DNA of 64,000 nucleotides, from NCBI GenBank assembly GCA_042408215.1, contig JAYFMW010000006.1, positions 864,001 through 928,000 on the forward strand, given 5' to 3'. The notes under the pieces are model-generated. The model did not search any database and was not told where the DNA came from. It saw only the letters and a list, made by a program, of their open reading frames with translations. Every line of letters begins with the position of its first letter. Within the stretch, counting starts at the first letter, position 1. The stretch comes from Microcoleus sp. Its GTDB lineage: Bacteria; Cyanobacteriota; Cyanobacteriia; Cyanobacteriales; Microcoleaceae. Positions 62,411 to 64,000 of the stretch are shown here, piece after piece. The position numbers were made by a program, and so were the translations under genes.

Positions 62411-63370
62411 CTATTGACAGATTCCCATTAATGTGCATTCCCAAACCAATCGTGGCTGTACATAATTTAGCAAATATTGTCGAGCTTTTTCTAAGGGCTC
62501 TAAGGGCGATCGACTAATTTTCCCTGCTAAAAATTGCTGCCAGTAACAGTGCTGTAAATAATCGATTAACCATAACTGAGATTCAGTATCCAAAGTTTTA
62601 TCAATTTCCTTAGCCAATTCCAAAGCCGATCGCAGATTTTGAGGAAACTGCTTCACCTTTTGCAGCAAATCATCCGGCATAGATTGCAGTTGCTGCCAAA
62701 TAGCAATTGCCTCTCCAGGACTGCCCTGAGCCATTCCCATTACCTCGGAATGCGACAAAATTTCTCCGAATCCCCCTTGCTGCAATACCAGTGCCATAGC
62801 TGCGGGATTCAGTCGATTAAACTGGATTTTTTGACACCGCGAAATCAAAGTTGGCAGCAAAGATTCCACAGTCGGAGCAATTAAAATTAGCGCGGCTTTT
62901 CCCGGTTCTTCCAAAGTTTTTAATAGGCCATTAGCTGCCCCCTCACCCATTGTTTCTGCCTGTGACAAAACGACAATAGAACGGGCAGCTTCTAGGGGTG
63001 GTCTACTTAGAAAATCACCGATTTCTCGCACCTGTTCTAATCGAATTTGTGGTGGTGCTTTGCGCTTTAAACCAGTTGATTCAGCTTCCTTTATTGAAAG
63101 TCGCTTGCCTTGGTTCATGTAAGTTGGTTCTACCCAAAGCAAATCTGGATGATTTCGCTGCTGCACGCGATTTTGTACGGAGGCTATTAATCGTGGTTCG
63201 GCCAGATGGGCTGAGAATAATAGCTCTATAAAATACTTAGCAGCTAAACTCTTTCCGATGCCGTTAGAGCCGACAAATAAATAGCCGGGAGCAATGCGGT
63301 TTTGAGAGACTGCTTGAGTCAGCAATTCTACTGCTTGGTTTTGTCCAATTAATGATGCAAAATAATCCAT
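62411..63370 (-). CDS. holB: DNA polymerase III subunit delta-prime
   Basis: IGQ..AVELL, NHPDLLWVEPT, QIRLEQVR, AANGLLKTLEEP, LLPTLISRCQ; follows tmk. Confidence 0.92.
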   Translation of the reverse strand: MDYFASLIGQNQAVELLTQAVSQNRIAPGYLFVGSNGIGKSLAAKYFIELLFSAHLAEPRLIASVQNRVQQRNHPDLLWVEPTYMNQGKRLSIKEAESTGLKRKAPPQIRLEQVREIGDFLSRPPLEAARSIVVLSQAETMGEGAANGLLKTLEEPGKAALILIAPTVESLLPTLISRCQKIQFNRLNPAAMALVLQQGGFGEILSHSEVMGMAQGSPGEAIAIWQQLQSMPDDLLQKVKQFPQNLRSALELAKEIDKTLDTESQLWLIDYLQHCYWQQFLAGKISRSPLEPLEKARQYLLNYVQPRLVWECTLMGICQ

Positions 63371-63372
63371 AA

Positions 63373-63999
63373 TCAAGATGCAAAACTCTTTAAATATCCC
63401 CAAGCTGCTAAAGAGCGACTTAAAATAGCTTGAATTTCCTGGGCGACCTCATCTTCAGTGCGATCGGCATTGATGCGGATAATTCGATCGGGATTTTGTC
63501 GAGCCAACTCCGCAAAACCTTGCTGCACCCTGCGGTGAAACTCCACATCAGCTTGCTCGATGCGATCGCGCTCTCCCCTAGCCCTTACCCTCGCCAAACC
63601 CACCTCCACATTAATATCCAGCCAGAAAGTTAAATCACTTTGCAAGCCACCGGTAGCAATGGCGTTCAGTTGCTGAATTAAATCCAAGTCAAGACCGCGG
63701 CCGTAGCCCTGATAAGCAATAGTAGAATCAGTAAAGCGATCGCACAAAACCATCGTCCCCAAGGCCAACTGCGGTTTGAGAAAAGTTTCGACGTGCTGAG
63801 TGCGATCGGCAGCATACATCAGTAATTCCGCTCGATCTGATACTAATTCCCCCTCACCCTGATCCAGCAATAACCGTCTTAGTCCCTTTCCTAGCTCAGT
63901 ACCCCCAGGCTCACGAGTAGCAACCAAACTGGTGCTTAGAAAGCAGCTTGCTTGCAGCCAATGTATCAACCGCTGCATTTGCGTAGTTTTTCCCGCACC
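63373..63999 (-). CDS. tmk: Thymidylate kinase (5' truncated by window)
   Basis: GAGKTTQ P-loop at window edge, TREPGGT, AELLMYAADR, CDRFTDSTIAYQGYGRG. Confidence 0.95.
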   Translation of the reverse strand, partial: GAGKTTQMQRLIHWLQASCFLSTSLVATREPGGTELGKGLRRLLLDQGEGELVSDRAELLMYAADRTQHVETFLKPQLALGTMVLCDRFTDSTIAYQGYGRGLDLDLIQQLNAIATGGLQSDLTFWLDINVEVGLARVRARGERDRIEQADVEFHRRVQQGFAELARQNPDRIIRINADRTEDEVAQEIQAILSRSLAAWGYLKSFAS

Positions 64000-64000
64000 T

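Noticed and set aside
1..64000. tRNA, rRNA or riboswitch genes; GCGATCGC over-representation as a novelty
   Set aside because: No tRNA, rRNA or riboswitch was recognised by eye (a tRNAscan/Rfam run is needed to exclude them). GCGATCGC is the well-known cyanobacterial HIP1.

Overview
Chromosomal window from a filamentous cyanobacterium (Oscillatoriales, Microcoleus-like by inference: psbI, a CpcS-family bilin lyase, dense HIP1 GCGATCGC sites, heptamer STRR arrays). It is mostly housekeeping and accessory genes: ychF, rsmG, sodA, rpiA, a TPR O-GlcNAc-transferase, a PAS/GAF/GGDEF cyclase with a DXCF-type cyanobacteriochrome GAF, a GH38 alpha-mannosidase, psbI, glcEF, mtnX/mtnB, hisG, holB and tmk. 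Palindromic repeats, MITEs and tandem amplifications are scattered throughout. The strongest signal, invisible in the ORF track, is three distinct protein-less IS200/IS605-type elements of 295-380 bp plus one solo left-end remnant. Their guide and cleavage tetranucleotides obey the IS608 pairing rule, and they appear to carry only a structured RNA. One is a HEARO/IscB-type omegaRNA inserted exactly at the ATGA start of an oxidoreductase gene (57565-57919). Two are promoter-bearing cassettes that look like TnpB omegaRNA carriers (20538-20917, 42271-42565). No tnpA, tnpB or iscB gene lies in the window, so any activity would depend on proteins supplied in trans. The region 34874-42777 is a decaying island: a chimeric AraC pseudogene and a giant surface-protein pseudogene with four lesions. 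Family assignments come from motif recognition only; no database search was run.
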